A DNA stretch of 64,000 bases from an uncultured cyanobacterium (GCA_963740315.1 CAVUDP010000002.1:3776001-3840000); one strand, 5' to 3'; shown: positions 43,769 through 54,248, counted from the first letter of the stretch. Notes: a model not told the origin generated them from the letters alone. Numbers and translations are program-made.

Positions 43769-44411
43769 TTATGAACCTAGTAATTCCAAAAATAATCCTA
43801 ATAATAACAGCAACAGGCTAGCTATCTTTAATAAGCGGTCGAGAGAAGGATGCTCTAGGAAAGATGCCTTCATGTTTGATGAAAACAGAATTAATTGCCA
43901 GCCCAAGCACTGTTATAACAATGATTGCTAGAACGGTAAGTAAAGGAGCAATGGATACTAACAAACAGCCGAAAATAAAAATAGCTTCAATTAAAAAAAA
44001 CCAATTTAAAATATGCAATTCTGCTACCACCACAGTAAAAACAGTTAACAGAAAACAGATAAAATAATTGAGAATATTTAATTGAAAAAATCTATATTTT
44101 GATTCTTTGTTGGTAGAATCTTTCGTGTAGTCTTTCATAATTGTTTGACGAAAGATTACGATGTACCAAGCAAAACAGCGCTTGAGAAACTGGATCGGGG
44201 TCTTGGGCGAATTTCTCCTTTGCACAGATGTACCAAATTTGCGAATTTTCTCTGGTCCAATGATATCGGCAACGATAGTAGTTGCTCCTAAAAACTGCAT
44301 TACTTTGCCGATTCGCTCCCACCAAAAGATACTTATGCCCCAAAGTACTGCATCGGCAGATAAGTTATCGGACAACCAAAGTTTCCATGCTTCGCTAAAA
44401 GTAATTTCCAT
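43769..44411 (-). pseudogene. Hypothetical membrane protein, frameshift near 43870
   Basis: The shifted frame continues FLEHPSLDRLLKIASLLLLLLGLFLELLGS* to 43769, giving a plausible terminal TM helix. Confidence 0.6.
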
Positions 44412-44542
44412 TTGAACCGTACCCAGATCGAATAACGGTCTTTAAAAGTGGACGCAGTTTACATCATATCTAGTACATCTGTGCAATTGCTCATAAAGTT
44501 GTTAGAGCTTTAGTCTCGACCAAATTATTTCATCTATCTGTC

Positions 44543-46105
44543 CTATAATATTGGCGATTTCTGGAACTTTTGTAAGAATTGTAATAAAGCTACGTTTGTT
44601 CCTGATTGGTCGATTTCGCCTCGGTATTTGGTTACGACTTCAACAAAGCGTGGGGTTCGAGCGAGGTCGCCAAACAGTTCCTTTAGTTCGAGCAAGGGTT
44701 GGGGGTCTGAGCCAGCCATACGAGCGCGTTCGGTGAGAATATCTGCCTTGGAATCTTCAATAGTTAGAGACTGACCTTGTTCGTCAACACCTTGGAGGTA
44801 GCGAAACCATAAAGCGATGGTAAAGCTTAGGTAATCTATCGAACCATCTTGTTCGAGCTGGTCTTTGAGGCTGCCAAAGATAAACTTAGGTAGTTTGTCA
44901 GAGCTATTAAGGCAGAGGCGGGATAGGCGATCGCGAACTTTGGGATTAGAAAATCGTTCGACTAGAGTTTTTTTGTATTCCCCGATATCGACACCTGGTA
45001 GGGGTGCAAGAGTAGGCGTTACTTCATCCATTAAGCCTGCAATAGCTCGTCGGATTGGTTCATAGTTCATTGCCTCAGAGGTGTAGGTATAGCCCAGTAG
45101 GGAACCTAAGTAGCCTAATAAAGAATGACCAGCATTAAGCAGTCGCAGCTTCATCATCTCGTAGGGATGAACATCGTCAGTCATTTGCACGCCGACTGAC
45201 TCCCAATCGGGTCGTCCCGCACAGAAATTATCTTCAATAACCCATTGATTAAAGGGTTCAGCTACCACAGGCCAAGCATCTTGAATGCCAAAGCGGTCGC
45301 TTACCATTTGGATATCGGCGGCGGTAGTGGCAGGAGTAATGCGGTCTACCATACTATTGGGAAATGCCACGTGCTGGGCAATCCACTGTCCTAAATCTGG
45401 GTTTTGCAGCTTGGCAAAGGCGGTCAGCATTTTACGGAGGACGTTGCCGTTACCCTGGATATTATCGCAGGATAACATGGTGAAAGGCGGTAAGCCATTT
45501 TGTCGTCGTCGATCCAGCGCTGCCGTGAGAAAGCCATAAACCCCTATCGGGCGATCGGGATGCTGCAAGTCATACTGAATGGTAGGATGTTGGGCATCGA
45601 ATTCGCCAGTACCTTCAATTACGTAGTAACCACCTTCTGTAATAGTTAGGGTTACAATTTTACACTCCCACCCTGCGAGGACATCAATAACAGCCTGGGG
45701 GTTGTCTGGGGCAAATAGGTATCGGGTAATCGAGCCAATAATACGTGCGGTGTCTTGCTCTGGAGAACGTTCGATTAAAGTGTAGAGACAGTCTTGAGCG
45801 TGCAAAATATCTCGCTTTTCCTCGTCGTACTTTAGTAAACCAACACCGCAGATGCCCCAAGTACTACCCTGCTTATTGTCCGCCCGCTGCTCATATTCAA
45901 TGTAGTTATCTAAATAAAGAGCTTGGTGGGAGCGATGGAAACCACCTACGCCGATATGAACGATGCCATTTGTCACCGTATCGCGGTCATACTGGGGAAC
46001 ACGATGCTGCTCGGAGAGTTGCGGGAGATTGGTTTTATTCAGAGGAATAGCGGTCTTTATCGATTGAGTTGGGGAATGGTTGGATGGGGCGAAGCTGCTG
46101 TTCAT
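44543..46105 (-). CDS. Mannitol 2-dehydrogenase family (long-chain polyol dehydrogenase)
   Basis: IVHIGVGGFHRSHQA, TITEGGY, SCDN, MVDRITP and KLRLLNAGHS. Confidence 0.93.
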   Translation of the reverse strand: MNSSFAPSNHSPTQSIKTAIPLNKTNLPQLSEQHRVPQYDRDTVTNGIVHIGVGGFHRSHQALYLDNYIEYEQRADNKQGSTWGICGVGLLKYDEEKRDILHAQDCLYTLIERSPEQDTARIIGSITRYLFAPDNPQAVIDVLAGWECKIVTLTITEGGYYVIEGTGEFDAQHPTIQYDLQHPDRPIGVYGFLTAALDRRRQNGLPPFTMLSCDNIQGNGNVLRKMLTAFAKLQNPDLGQWIAQHVAFPNSMVDRITPATTAADIQMVSDRFGIQDAWPVVAEPFNQWVIEDNFCAGRPDWESVGVQMTDDVHPYEMMKLRLLNAGHSLLGYLGSLLGYTYTSEAMNYEPIRRAIAGLMDEVTPTLAPLPGVDIGEYKKTLVERFSNPKVRDRLSRLCLNSSDKLPKFIFGSLKDQLEQDGSIDYLSFTIALWFRYLQGVDEQGQSLTIEDSKADILTERARMAGSDPQPLLELKELFGDLARTPRFVEVVTKYRGEIDQSGTNVALLQFLQKFQKSPIL

Positions 46106-47219
46106 GGGATTGTCCTGTTGTAAAGTTATCTTGTTGAGCTTTAGGAATAGCTAGGTCATGCTTGTCAAATATATGACATAGATTACCGTCGATATAAATA
46201 GGTAGGCTATCGCCTACTGTTACCCTTCTGTCACCTTCGGTTTGGACGATAAGGGTATCGCCACCTGGAGCTCTGACGTAAAGAGAAGTAGCATCACCAA
46301 GATGTTCGACTACCAGTACTTCACCCATTAGTGTGGGATGGTTGGCATCGATGCGTAGATGTTGGGGGCGGATGCCCAAGGTAGCGCGATCGCCTACCAT
46401 TAGATTATTTGGCTGTACTGGCACGGTTACGGTATCATCACCAGGTAGTCTAAGGGTAGTGCCATAATCCCGAACGCTAGTAGTCATCACCGAAAGAAAA
46501 TTCATCTTTGGAGAACCGATAAATCCCGCGACAAAACGATTGCAGGGATAATGGTATAATTCCATCGGCGTGCCGATTTGTTCGACAATGCCACCTTGTA
46601 GAACTACAATTTTGCTAGCTAAAGTCATTGCTTCAATTTGATCGTGGGTGACATAGATCATAGTGGACTGCAAGCTGTTATGCAGACTGGCAAGCTCTAA
46701 TCGCATCTGTCCCCGCAAAGCTGCATCCAAGTTAGATAACGGCTCATCAAACAAAAACACTTTGGGGTTTCGTACTAATGCGCGACCGATGGCTACTCGT
46801 TGTCGCTGTCCGCCAGATAACGCACCTGGCTTACGATTCAATAATGGTTCTAGCTGCAAAATCCGACCGACTTCTTTTGCCCTTTCGTACCGTTTGGCTT
46901 TGGGCACACCCGCCAGTCGCAAACTAAAGGACATATTTTCGGCTACTGTCATATGCGGATAGAGGGCATAGGTTTGAAACACCATTGCCAGCCCCCGCCG
47001 ATCTGGCGGAACATGGTTCATAGGCTCGCCATCAATCAGAAGATCCCCAGAGGTAATTTCCTCTAGTCCAGCAATCATTCTCAGAAGGGTAGATTTACCG
47101 CAGCCTGATGGTCCGACGAAGACCACAAATTCGCGGTCTTCAATATCAAGGTTGATGCCTTTAATAATTTCGGTGTCGGTATAGCTTTTGCGAATGTCTC
47201 TTAAAGTTACAGTTGACAT
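46035..47219 (-). CDS. smoK: Polyol ABC transporter ATPase (SmoK/MalK type)
   Basis: GPSGCGKST, LSGGQRQR and YVTHDQIEA. Confidence 0.88.
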   Translation of the reverse strand: MSTVTLRDIRKSYTDTEIIKGINLDIEDREFVVFVGPSGCGKSTLLRMIAGLEEITSGDLLIDGEPMNHVPPDRRGLAMVFQTYALYPHMTVAENMSFSLRLAGVPKAKRYERAKEVGRILQLEPLLNRKPGALSGGQRQRVAIGRALVRNPKVFLFDEPLSNLDAALRGQMRLELASLHNSLQSTMIYVTHDQIEAMTLASKIVVLQGGIVEQIGTPMELYHYPCNRFVAGFIGSPKMNFLSVMTTSVRDYGTTLRLPGDDTVTVPVQPNNLMVGDRATLGIRPQHLRIDANHPTLMGEVLVVEHLGDATSLYVRAPGGDTLIVQTEGDRRVTVGDSLPIYIDGNLCHIFDKHDLAIPKAQQDNFTTGQSHEQQLRPIQPFPNSIDKDRYSSE

Positions 47220-47261
47220 AATTAATTAGTTTTAAATAGATGTTAAATGAAAGGGATGAGC

Positions 47262-48086
47262 CTATTTGACGGCTCCAAATGTAAGACCTCGAACCAGTTG
47301 TTTTTGACTGAGCCAACCAAAGATCAAGATCGGTGCGATTGCCATAGTTGAAGCTGCCGATAGTTTTGCCCAAAAAAGTCCTTGGGGACTAGAGAAAGAA
47401 GCAATAAATGCGGTTAAGGGAGCTGCATCAAAGGTGGTCAGGTTGAGACTCCAGAAGGCTTCGTTCCACGAAAGGATGATCGAAAGCAGTGCGGTAGAGG
47501 CAATCCCAGGCAGAGCCAGAGGCAGCAATACATATGCTACTTCTTGATAGGTTGTCGCACCATCCATGCGATCGGCTTCGAGAATTTCTTTTGGTACTTC
47601 TTTGAAAAAGCTATAGATCATCCAGACCACAATCGGCAGGTTAATTAAGGTATAAATGATAATCAAACCGATACGGGTATCTAACAATCCTGATTCGCGA
47701 CCTAAAATGTAAATCGGTACTAATACACCCACGGAGGGTAGCATTTTGGTTGAAAGCATCCACAGTAGAGTGCTTTTGGTGCGTTTAGTCGGAAAAAATG
47801 ACATGGCGTAAGCTGCGGGAATCGCTAGCAATAGGGCTAAGATAGTCGCGCCGACGGAGATAATGATACTGTTCCAGGCGTAGTTAAGATAAGCAGCCCT
47901 TTCTTGAACGGCAAAATAGTTATCTAAAGTTGGGGTAAAGAAAAGCTGAGGTGGTGTCGCTACTGCGACTACTTCTGTTTTAAAGCTGGTAATAAACATC
48001 CAGAAGATCGGGAAGAACAAAATACAGGCGACTAGCCAACCTAGTAGGGCGATTAGCCATTGATTCGATTTATTATTAGTTTTCAT
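47262..48086 (-). CDS. smoG: Polyol ABC permease
   Basis: WMLSTKMLP, WNEAFW and GLFWAKLSAAS. Confidence 0.88.
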   Translation of the reverse strand: MKTNNKSNQWLIALLGWLVACILFFPIFWMFITSFKTEVVAVATPPQLFFTPTLDNYFAVQERAAYLNYAWNSIIISVGATILALLLAIPAAYAMSFFPTKRTKSTLLWMLSTKMLPSVGVLVPIYILGRESGLLDTRIGLIIIYTLINLPIVVWMIYSFFKEVPKEILEADRMDGATTYQEVAYVLLPLALPGIASTALLSIILSWNEAFWSLNLTTFDAAPLTAFIASFSSPQGLFWAKLSAASTMAIAPILIFGWLSQKQLVRGLTFGAVK

Positions 48087-48089
48087 GAG

Positions 48090-49010
48090 TTAAGTATCCA
48101 AATTACTACCAACGCTACGGACTAAGAAAATCGCGACCAGGTTAGCTAGCACTACGGCAATCAGCCCGCCAGCAGAAGCTCCACCCACATCAAACTCTAG
48201 TAATGCTTTAAGATAGATGTAGTAGGCTAGGTTGGTAGTGGCAAGTCCAGGACCACCGCCTGTGGTAACAAAAATTTCCCCAAAGATAGCTAGAAAAAAG
48301 ATTGTCTCGATCATTGCCACAACGGCGATCGCCCGACTTAAGTGAGGCAAAACTACGAACCGAAACAATGCCAACGGTTTTGCTCCATCCATGCGAGCAG
48401 CTTCTATTTGATCGCTATCAAGGGACTGAATCGCCGTTAACAAAATTAGTAAGGCAAACGGCAGCCATTCCCAGGAAACAATAATGATGATTGACAACAG
48501 GGGAAAATCAGTAAACCAGTCGATTGCTCCTAAACCCAGCCCACGAGTGATTTGAGCAAATAGCCCATTAACCGGGTGCATCAGCATATTTTTCCAAATC
48601 AAGGCACTCACCGTTGGCATGACAAAGAACGGCGAAATTGCTAGTACGCGGGCAATACCCTGACCTGGAAAATCTTGGTTAAACAGTACCGCTAGTAAAG
48701 TGCCTAAACCAATTGTAATTAGCAGCACGGAAGCGACTAGGATAAGGGTAGTACCAATAGAGATCCATAATCCTGGATCGGTCAGAATAAAGGTAAAGTT
48801 TTCCAACCCGATAAACTCGCGGTTTTCGGGAATTAACAGATTATATCGCTGGAAAGCAAACCAGACTGCCATTGCCAACGGCACTACCATCCACAGAATC
48901 AGCACGATTACTGATGGAGCGACTAACGCTAGGGTGGGTAGCTTTCTTGAAGATTGCTGTTTCGGCTTCGACGGTGGTTCTTGTGGTCTTGTTACTACTG
49001 AAGAAGTCAT
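48090..49010 (-). CDS. smoF: Polyol ABC permease
   Basis: PFFVMPTVSALIWKN, EAARMDGA and DVGGASAGG. Confidence 0.88.
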   Translation of the reverse strand: MTSSVVTRPQEPPSKPKQQSSRKLPTLALVAPSVIVLILWMVVPLAMAVWFAFQRYNLLIPENREFIGLENFTFILTDPGLWISIGTTLILVASVLLITIGLGTLLAVLFNQDFPGQGIARVLAISPFFVMPTVSALIWKNMLMHPVNGLFAQITRGLGLGAIDWFTDFPLLSIIIIVSWEWLPFALLILLTAIQSLDSDQIEAARMDGAKPLALFRFVVLPHLSRAIAVVAMIETIFFLAIFGEIFVTTGGGPGLATTNLAYYIYLKALLEFDVGGASAGGLIAVVLANLVAIFLVRSVGSNLDT

Positions 49011-50371
49011 TGCTCTATCTCTCTCTTAGCTTGCTCATTGTCGTCGATGTAGCCCGTATGACGCATAAACCGTTCGGCTATATTTTGCGATCTTTCAATC
49101 GCTTGTTCAACCGAAACCTTATCAGCTAAAGCTTCTGCCATCTGCTGTCCTACCTGAGTTCCAATCGCCTGAAATTCAGGAATATCTACATATTGAATTC
49201 CCTTATAAGGTGTGGGTAAAGAGGACGGCTGCTCGATATCCGCAGACTCAATCGAAGTCAGTACAGTTTTGGCAAAGGGAGCAACTTTTTGGTAGTTAAG
49301 ATTTTTGTAAGTTGAGGTGCGAGTACCTGGTGGCACTGAAACCCAACCCGATTTATCCGCCACTAATTGAATATATTCTTTGGAGGTTGCCCAGGTGATG
49401 AATCGCTGCGCCGCTTCTGGAGAACGCGACGTTTTAGGAATTGCTAAAGCCCAAGCCCATAACCAGTTTGAACCATTAGGATAAGACTCGACTGGTGCAG
49501 GGGCAAAACCAACTCGATCCGCAACTTGCGACACTTCAGGATTAGATAGCAATCCTGCTGCAACCGTAGCATCGATCCACATCCCGCATTTACCCGTCGA
49601 AAATAGTGCCAAATTCTCGTTAAAGCCATTAGAACTAGCTCCAGGTGGTCCGTATTTGTTCAACACATCTACATAAAAACCAACGGCACTTTTCCATTCT
49701 GGCGTGTCGAGTTGAGGCTGCCATTCCATATCAAACCAGCGTCCGCCATTAGTATTTACGAGCGTGGTTAAAAACGCCATATTTTCACCCCAACCTGGCT
49801 TACCTCGCAGACATATACCGTAAATGCCATTAGCAGGATCGTTTACCTGACTAGCCCATTTTTTCACCTGCTCGTAGGTGGGATTCTCGGACATTGTAAT
49901 ACCTGCTTTCTCAAACAGATCGCGACGGTAGTACAGCATCGAACTCTCGCCATAAAACGGTAGCGCATAAAGCGTACCCTCATGGGAAAGACCAGTACGA
50001 ATCGGATCGATCAGATCCTCAACGTCATATTTAGCAGGTAGTTTATCGAGAGGCTTTAACCAACCTCGTTTTGCCCAAATAGGTGTCTCATAAGAACCAA
50101 TTGTTAAAACATCAAATTGACCGCCCTGACTGGCAACGTCGGTGGTAGTACGTTGACGTAAAATATTTTCTTCTAGGACTACCCAGCGCAGCTTGATATC
50201 GGGATTGTCAGCTTCAAACTTGCGAGATAAATCCTGCATGACTACCATGTCACCGTTATTGACGGTGGCAATGGTCAATCGCGTTTTGCCCTTTGCCTCC
50301 GATTCGCTTCCACAGGCTTGCAATAACGGTATCAGGACGACGCTAAAAAGGAACTTCGTTATTTTTTTCAT
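49007..50371 (-). CDS. smoE: Mannitol/sorbitol-binding lipoprotein
   Basis: Lipobox LQAC; TIATVNNGDM, LEENILRQR, RGKPGWGENMA and IPEFQAIG. Confidence 0.9.
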   Translation of the reverse strand: MKKITKFLFSVVLIPLLQACGSESEAKGKTRLTIATVNNGDMVVMQDLSRKFEADNPDIKLRWVVLEENILRQRTTTDVASQGGQFDVLTIGSYETPIWAKRGWLKPLDKLPAKYDVEDLIDPIRTGLSHEGTLYALPFYGESSMLYYRRDLFEKAGITMSENPTYEQVKKWASQVNDPANGIYGICLRGKPGWGENMAFLTTLVNTNGGRWFDMEWQPQLDTPEWKSAVGFYVDVLNKYGPPGASSNGFNENLALFSTGKCGMWIDATVAAGLLSNPEVSQVADRVGFAPAPVESYPNGSNWLWAWALAIPKTSRSPEAAQRFITWATSKEYIQLVADKSGWVSVPPGTRTSTYKNLNYQKVAPFAKTVLTSIESADIEQPSSLPTPYKGIQYVDIPEFQAIGTQVGQQMAEALADKVSVEQAIERSQNIAERFMRHTGYIDDNEQAKREIEQ

Positions 50372-50421
50372 ATTAATATTAATTTGCCCTTTAATAAGGC
50401 TTATTACCTCCTTGATATTTA

Positions 50422-50453
50422 AAATTAAGATAAGAATATGAGTAAGTTGTGAG
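50422..50453 (-). promoter_or_regulatory. CTCA-box promoter 11 (polyol operon)
   Basis: CTCACAACTTACTCATATT + 7 nt + TAATTT. Confidence 0.8.
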
Positions 50454-50509
50454 GACGCGGAACATATTTACCGTTTTACTCCTTTTATTGTGAACAGATT
50501 TCAAAGTTC

Positions 50510-50521
50510 GAGCATTTGCTC
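50510..50521. promoter_or_regulatory. Candidate SorC/SmoC operator
   Basis: Palindrome GAGCA-TT-TGCTC. Same site at 59252-59263 and a related one at 59586-59599. Confidence 0.55.
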
Positions 50522-50771
50522 AAACCTCAATCAAATGCCCTGTGAATAAAATCATACTTTTTTTCTCAATAATTATGATAAAAACGTTACCATTTGAAAC
50601 AATTACCAATTGAGAGGTGGACATATGGAGCGCGAACGCAACTTACTCCTTTAACGGTAACGGCGCAGACGGGATTACGCTGGATAATAACGACGAGTGG
50701 CTTTATTACAATCCCTTGAGCGGGAATAAAATCTACCGTATCCACATAAACGATCTTTTGGAAAAAATTTC

Positions 50772-50803
50772 CTCATAAGTTCCTCAAATTACTTGCTTAT
50801 CAT
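50772..50803 (+). promoter_or_regulatory. CTCA-box promoter 12 (trkA-DUF3124)
   Basis: CTCATAAGTTCCTCAAATT + 7 nt + TATCAT. Confidence 0.85.
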
Positions 50804-50935
50804 ATAGACAAATTTCAGTAGATTGATTTGAGGGAGACTTTAGCGATGGCGATATTGAAGTTTTCGATATTGGTAGGCATACGTCAGAATCTACCCTACT
50901 TAAGTGAAAAAAATTGAAAAGCATTTTAAACAGCT

Positions 50936-51607
50936 ATGTACGTACTTATTGGGGGAGCAGGATTAATTGGGCTAAGTCTAGCCCAGAAACTAGTAGAACT
51001 TGGGCATACTGTTGCTGTGGTCGATCTCGATCCTAAAGCTTGTCATTATGCCCACGAACAAGTGGGAGTAATGACTTTTGAAGGTAGTGCTGTGAAAACA
51101 GAAGTGTTGTTAGAAGCGGGAATTCGTAAAGCCGATGCGGTGGCTGCCGTCTTGCGAGATGATGCTTTGAACTTGGCACTGGTTGCGCTAGCTAAAAATT
51201 ACGGTGTTCCTCAAATTATCTCTCGAATGCGCCATCGCGATTTTGCCGAACCCTTATCTTTTACAGGAGCTACTTATATTATTAGTACTGTCGATCTTGC
51301 AGTTTCAAAAATGGTTAATGCCATCGAGTATCCGCAGGTAGAATCGATGATACACTTCGAGCAAGGACAGATAGAAGTAATAAAACTTACCATTCCTAAA
51401 AATTCCTATGTGGCAGGTCGTAGTGTTGCAGAAATTGCCCTATCGCCAAGATTTCCTGCGGGTTCTTTAATTGTCGGCTATCAAACTCATCCTCACGATG
51501 ATTTGATAATTCCGAATGGCAATACGATTTTGTCATCTGGTTCAACAGTACTGATTGTCACCAAAATCGGGCTGGTACGTCAAGTCATTAATTTTATTAA
51601 AGGCTGA
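50936..51607 (+). CDS. trkA: TrkA-family RCK (NAD-binding) regulatory subunit
   Basis: GGAGLIG Rossmann motif, AGIRKAD, TrkA_C with IIPNG. Confidence 0.85.
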   Translation: MYVLIGGAGLIGLSLAQKLVELGHTVAVVDLDPKACHYAHEQVGVMTFEGSAVKTEVLLEAGIRKADAVAAVLRDDALNLALVALAKNYGVPQIISRMRHRDFAEPLSFTGATYIISTVDLAVSKMVNAIEYPQVESMIHFEQGQIEVIKLTIPKNSYVAGRSVAEIALSPRFPAGSLIVGYQTHPHDDLIIPNGNTILSSGSTVLIVTKIGLVRQVINFIKG

Positions 51608-51618
51608 AAATAATTAAC

Positions 51619-52161
51619 ATGAAGTTATGTAGACTTTTTAGTTTTGCAGTTGCTGCTATTTTACTTGCATCTTGCGCCCCAGGAGAAAATCCATCGCAGT
51701 TACAAGTTAATGGCGATCGCCTAAATCAATCTCAAAAAACCATCGTTTTGGATGAAAATTTCCAGATAGCAATGGGACAAACTATTTATGTCCCCGTCTA
51801 TTCGCACATTTATCATCACGATGAAAAAAAAATTTTCGATTTAGCTGCGACTCTCAGTCTTCGCAACACCGATCTTAACAATCCGATCGTTATTACCTCT
51901 GTACGATATTATGACGAAAATGGTAAGTTAGTTAGGAACTATTTAGAGAGTCCCATTGAGATTGCTGCTCTAGGTTCTACAGATTTTTTTGTCAATACCA
52001 CTGATAGTAGTGGCGGTTCGGGAGCCAAATTTATTGTCGAGTGGATAGCCCAAACAAAAGTTACCGAACCGATGATTGAGGCAGTTATGATTGGTAGTGG
52101 TTTCCAACAAGGAATTTCTTTTGTTAGTCCTGGCAAAGTGATTAAAAGTCGGAGTAACTAA
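51619..52161 (+). CDS. DUF3124 lipoprotein
   Basis: GQTIYVPVYSHIY, LSLRNTD, GGSGAKFIVEW and QGISFVSPG. Confidence 0.88.
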   Translation: MKLCRLFSFAVAAILLASCAPGENPSQLQVNGDRLNQSQKTIVLDENFQIAMGQTIYVPVYSHIYHHDEKKIFDLAATLSLRNTDLNNPIVITSVRYYDENGKLVRNYLESPIEIAALGSTDFFVNTTDSSGGSGAKFIVEWIAQTKVTEPMIEAVMIGSGFQQGISFVSPGKVIKSRSN

Positions 52162-52195
52162 CAGTCAGTCGGTCTACCCAGTTCTCCCTCGATCG

Positions 52196-53749
52196 CTAAT
52201 CATCCTCTAACCGTAATAATTGTTCGTCAATAGTTTGCAAATGCGATCGCACAATTGTTTCTGAGAGGGTTCGTTTCTGCATCGCCTCGTTGAGTGCGAT
52301 TTTCTCTGCTAACAGTAGGCGACGACAAATGGCATCAAGTTTAGTCAAATCATTACTTTGGCGATCGCTCCAATCCCAACGGCTATTATAGATGTTACGC
52401 AATGCCTTTTCTGCCCCTGCTACTCGTACTTGATAAGCCGAGCGCATTTCTTCATAGACAGCCTTGGGCAACACTCCTGACTTGAGGAGACTGTCTAATT
52501 CATTCTGGGCTGCTTTTGCTGTCATCAACTGGGCAAGCCATTCTTGAATCTGCTGACGGGATGCGGAAAGGTTAGATAATTTCAGCCGTTTAACTAGCCA
52601 AGGTAAACTTAGTCCCTGTCCTACTAAGGAAAAAAATACCGCACCAAAAACCAAAGTAATAATTTGTTCTCGTCCTGGTAAAGCCAGAGGAAGGCTGAGA
52701 GCTAATGCCATTGAAAGCGAACCTTTAATGTTACCGAAAAACAGAACGTGCTGCCAGCGTAAGGGAATTGGGCGATCGAACCAGCGTAACCATAGCAACA
52801 GCAGATAAACTGAAAGAACTCGTCCCAGTTGATAAGCTAGAACAACAAACAGAATCGCTGGCAAAATGTTCCAAAGCTCCAGGGGCATAATTTCTATGCC
52901 AATTAGCAGGAAAATGAAGGTATTGACACCAAAGCTAGCGTATTCCCAGAAACTCAACAGCACGATCCGCTCAGAAGCCGAAGTAGTGTGAGAAAGCCCC
53001 AGATTTCCGAAAATTAATCCAGCCATGACTACAGCTACAGCCCCCGATACGCCGAGAAATTGCCCTACCTGAAAGATTCCTAATGACATTGCGACCGTTA
53101 GTAACAGACTACTAAGAGGATCGTCTAAACGATTAAATATAGGTATGCTCAAGTAGCCTAAGACTAACCCGACGACACTGCCCCCCAGAGCAACAAATAA
53201 CAGTTCCCGTACTCCCTCAAAAAACGTGAGCGAACCTGTTTGATATACCGTCAAAACTAGGTTAAACAAAACTAAGGCAGCAGCATCGTTAAACAAAGTT
53301 TCTCCTTCTACAATGGTGGAGAGCTTTGAGGGGACAGATATCTGCTTAAAAACCGCTATTATCGATACCGTATCGGTATTTGCCAGACACGTTCCGATAA
53401 ATAGCGAGGAAATCCAGTTCATTCCCAATCCATATTTCAGCAAAACAGCGATAACAGCGAAGGAAAACACCGTTCCAGGTACAGCTAGAAGTGCAATTGG
53501 TTTAAACGTGCTTCGCAAGCGGCTAATATCTGTATTAATAGCAGCTTCAAAAATTAGAATTGGCAGAAAAAGATTCAAAACCAATGAAGGTTCTAAACCA
53601 ATACGATGGGATAATATTTTAGTAATCGGTAAACCTGCTAAAACTAACCCCGTAACATAAGGAATTCCCAACCGTCGTGACAACAGACCTACGCCAGTGG
53701 CAATCAGCAAGAGAATGACGAGAATTTGGACTAAAAAAGAAACATTCAT
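52196..53749 (-). CDS. CPA1 (NhaP-type) Na+/H+ antiporter
   Basis: FLPILIFEAA, TDTVS, EGETLFNDA and KGSLSMALAL. Confidence 0.92.
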   Translation of the reverse strand: MNVSFLVQILVILLLIATGVGLLSRRLGIPYVTGLVLAGLPITKILSHRIGLEPSLVLNLFLPILIFEAAINTDISRLRSTFKPIALLAVPGTVFSFAVIAVLLKYGLGMNWISSLFIGTCLANTDTVSIIAVFKQISVPSKLSTIVEGETLFNDAAALVLFNLVLTVYQTGSLTFFEGVRELLFVALGGSVVGLVLGYLSIPIFNRLDDPLSSLLLTVAMSLGIFQVGQFLGVSGAVAVVMAGLIFGNLGLSHTTSASERIVLLSFWEYASFGVNTFIFLLIGIEIMPLELWNILPAILFVVLAYQLGRVLSVYLLLLWLRWFDRPIPLRWQHVLFFGNIKGSLSMALALSLPLALPGREQIITLVFGAVFFSLVGQGLSLPWLVKRLKLSNLSASRQQIQEWLAQLMTAKAAQNELDSLLKSGVLPKAVYEEMRSAYQVRVAGAEKALRNIYNSRWDWSDRQSNDLTKLDAICRRLLLAEKIALNEAMQKRTLSETIVRSHLQTIDEQLLRLEDD

Positions 53750-53855
53750 TTAAAGCATTGGTGATTTAGTGTTTTACTATGATGTTGCCTACCATTCCCG
53801 CTCCTCTATGAGGTTCACAATAGTAAAGCTAAAGGTTAAAAACTATTTGGGACTT

Positions 53856-54248
53856 TTAATCTAAGACTTTGTGGTGTTGGTTTTTATTGCAGTAGTCAAC
53901 ACAATTAGTCGCGTGTTTAGTAAAAACCCAAGAAGGATGCACTGCACATTTAAGGTATGGGTTTTTATCATAGAACTGACAGTTTCTACAAGGAGGTGGG
54001 AAAGCAGGGGAGACAAATATATCTTTGATTTTTATTCCTAGTTGAATAAGTTCATACAAGAACGAGCTAGTTATGCTAAGAATAAAGATCCAGGTAATAA
54101 AGATATTAATAGAGCTGTCAGGTTGATTTACTGAAGGAAGAACAACTTTTGATTCTGTATCGATCGCTATTTTCGTACTCAAGTTCTCTGGATGGAAAGT
54201 TTGAATATCAAAACTATGGTTGTTAAGAGCAATATTCTCAAAGTCCAT
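53856..54248 (-). CDS. Single-TM protein with Cys-rich C-terminus (copy 1)
   Basis: CRNCQFY...LKCAVHP...NCVDYC. RBS GAGG precedes MDFEN. Confidence 0.75.
   Translation of the reverse strand: MDFENIALNNHSFDIQTFHPENLSTKIAIDTESKVVLPSVNQPDSSINIFITWIFILSITSSFLYELIQLGIKIKDIFVSPAFPPPCRNCQFYDKNPYLKCAVHPSWVFTKHATNCVDYCNKNQHHKVLD

Larger units (their letters stand above)
50068..50660. repeat. Direct repeat copy A (5' smoE plus promoter)
   Basis: Aligns with 58815-59415 with scattered substitutions and small indels. Confidence 0.92.

Noticed and set aside
46035..46105. 71-nt overlap of smoK and the dehydrogenase as programmed frameshifting
   Set aside because: More simply a C-terminal extension after a lost stop or a start-site ambiguity. 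No slippery site or stimulatory structure seen.
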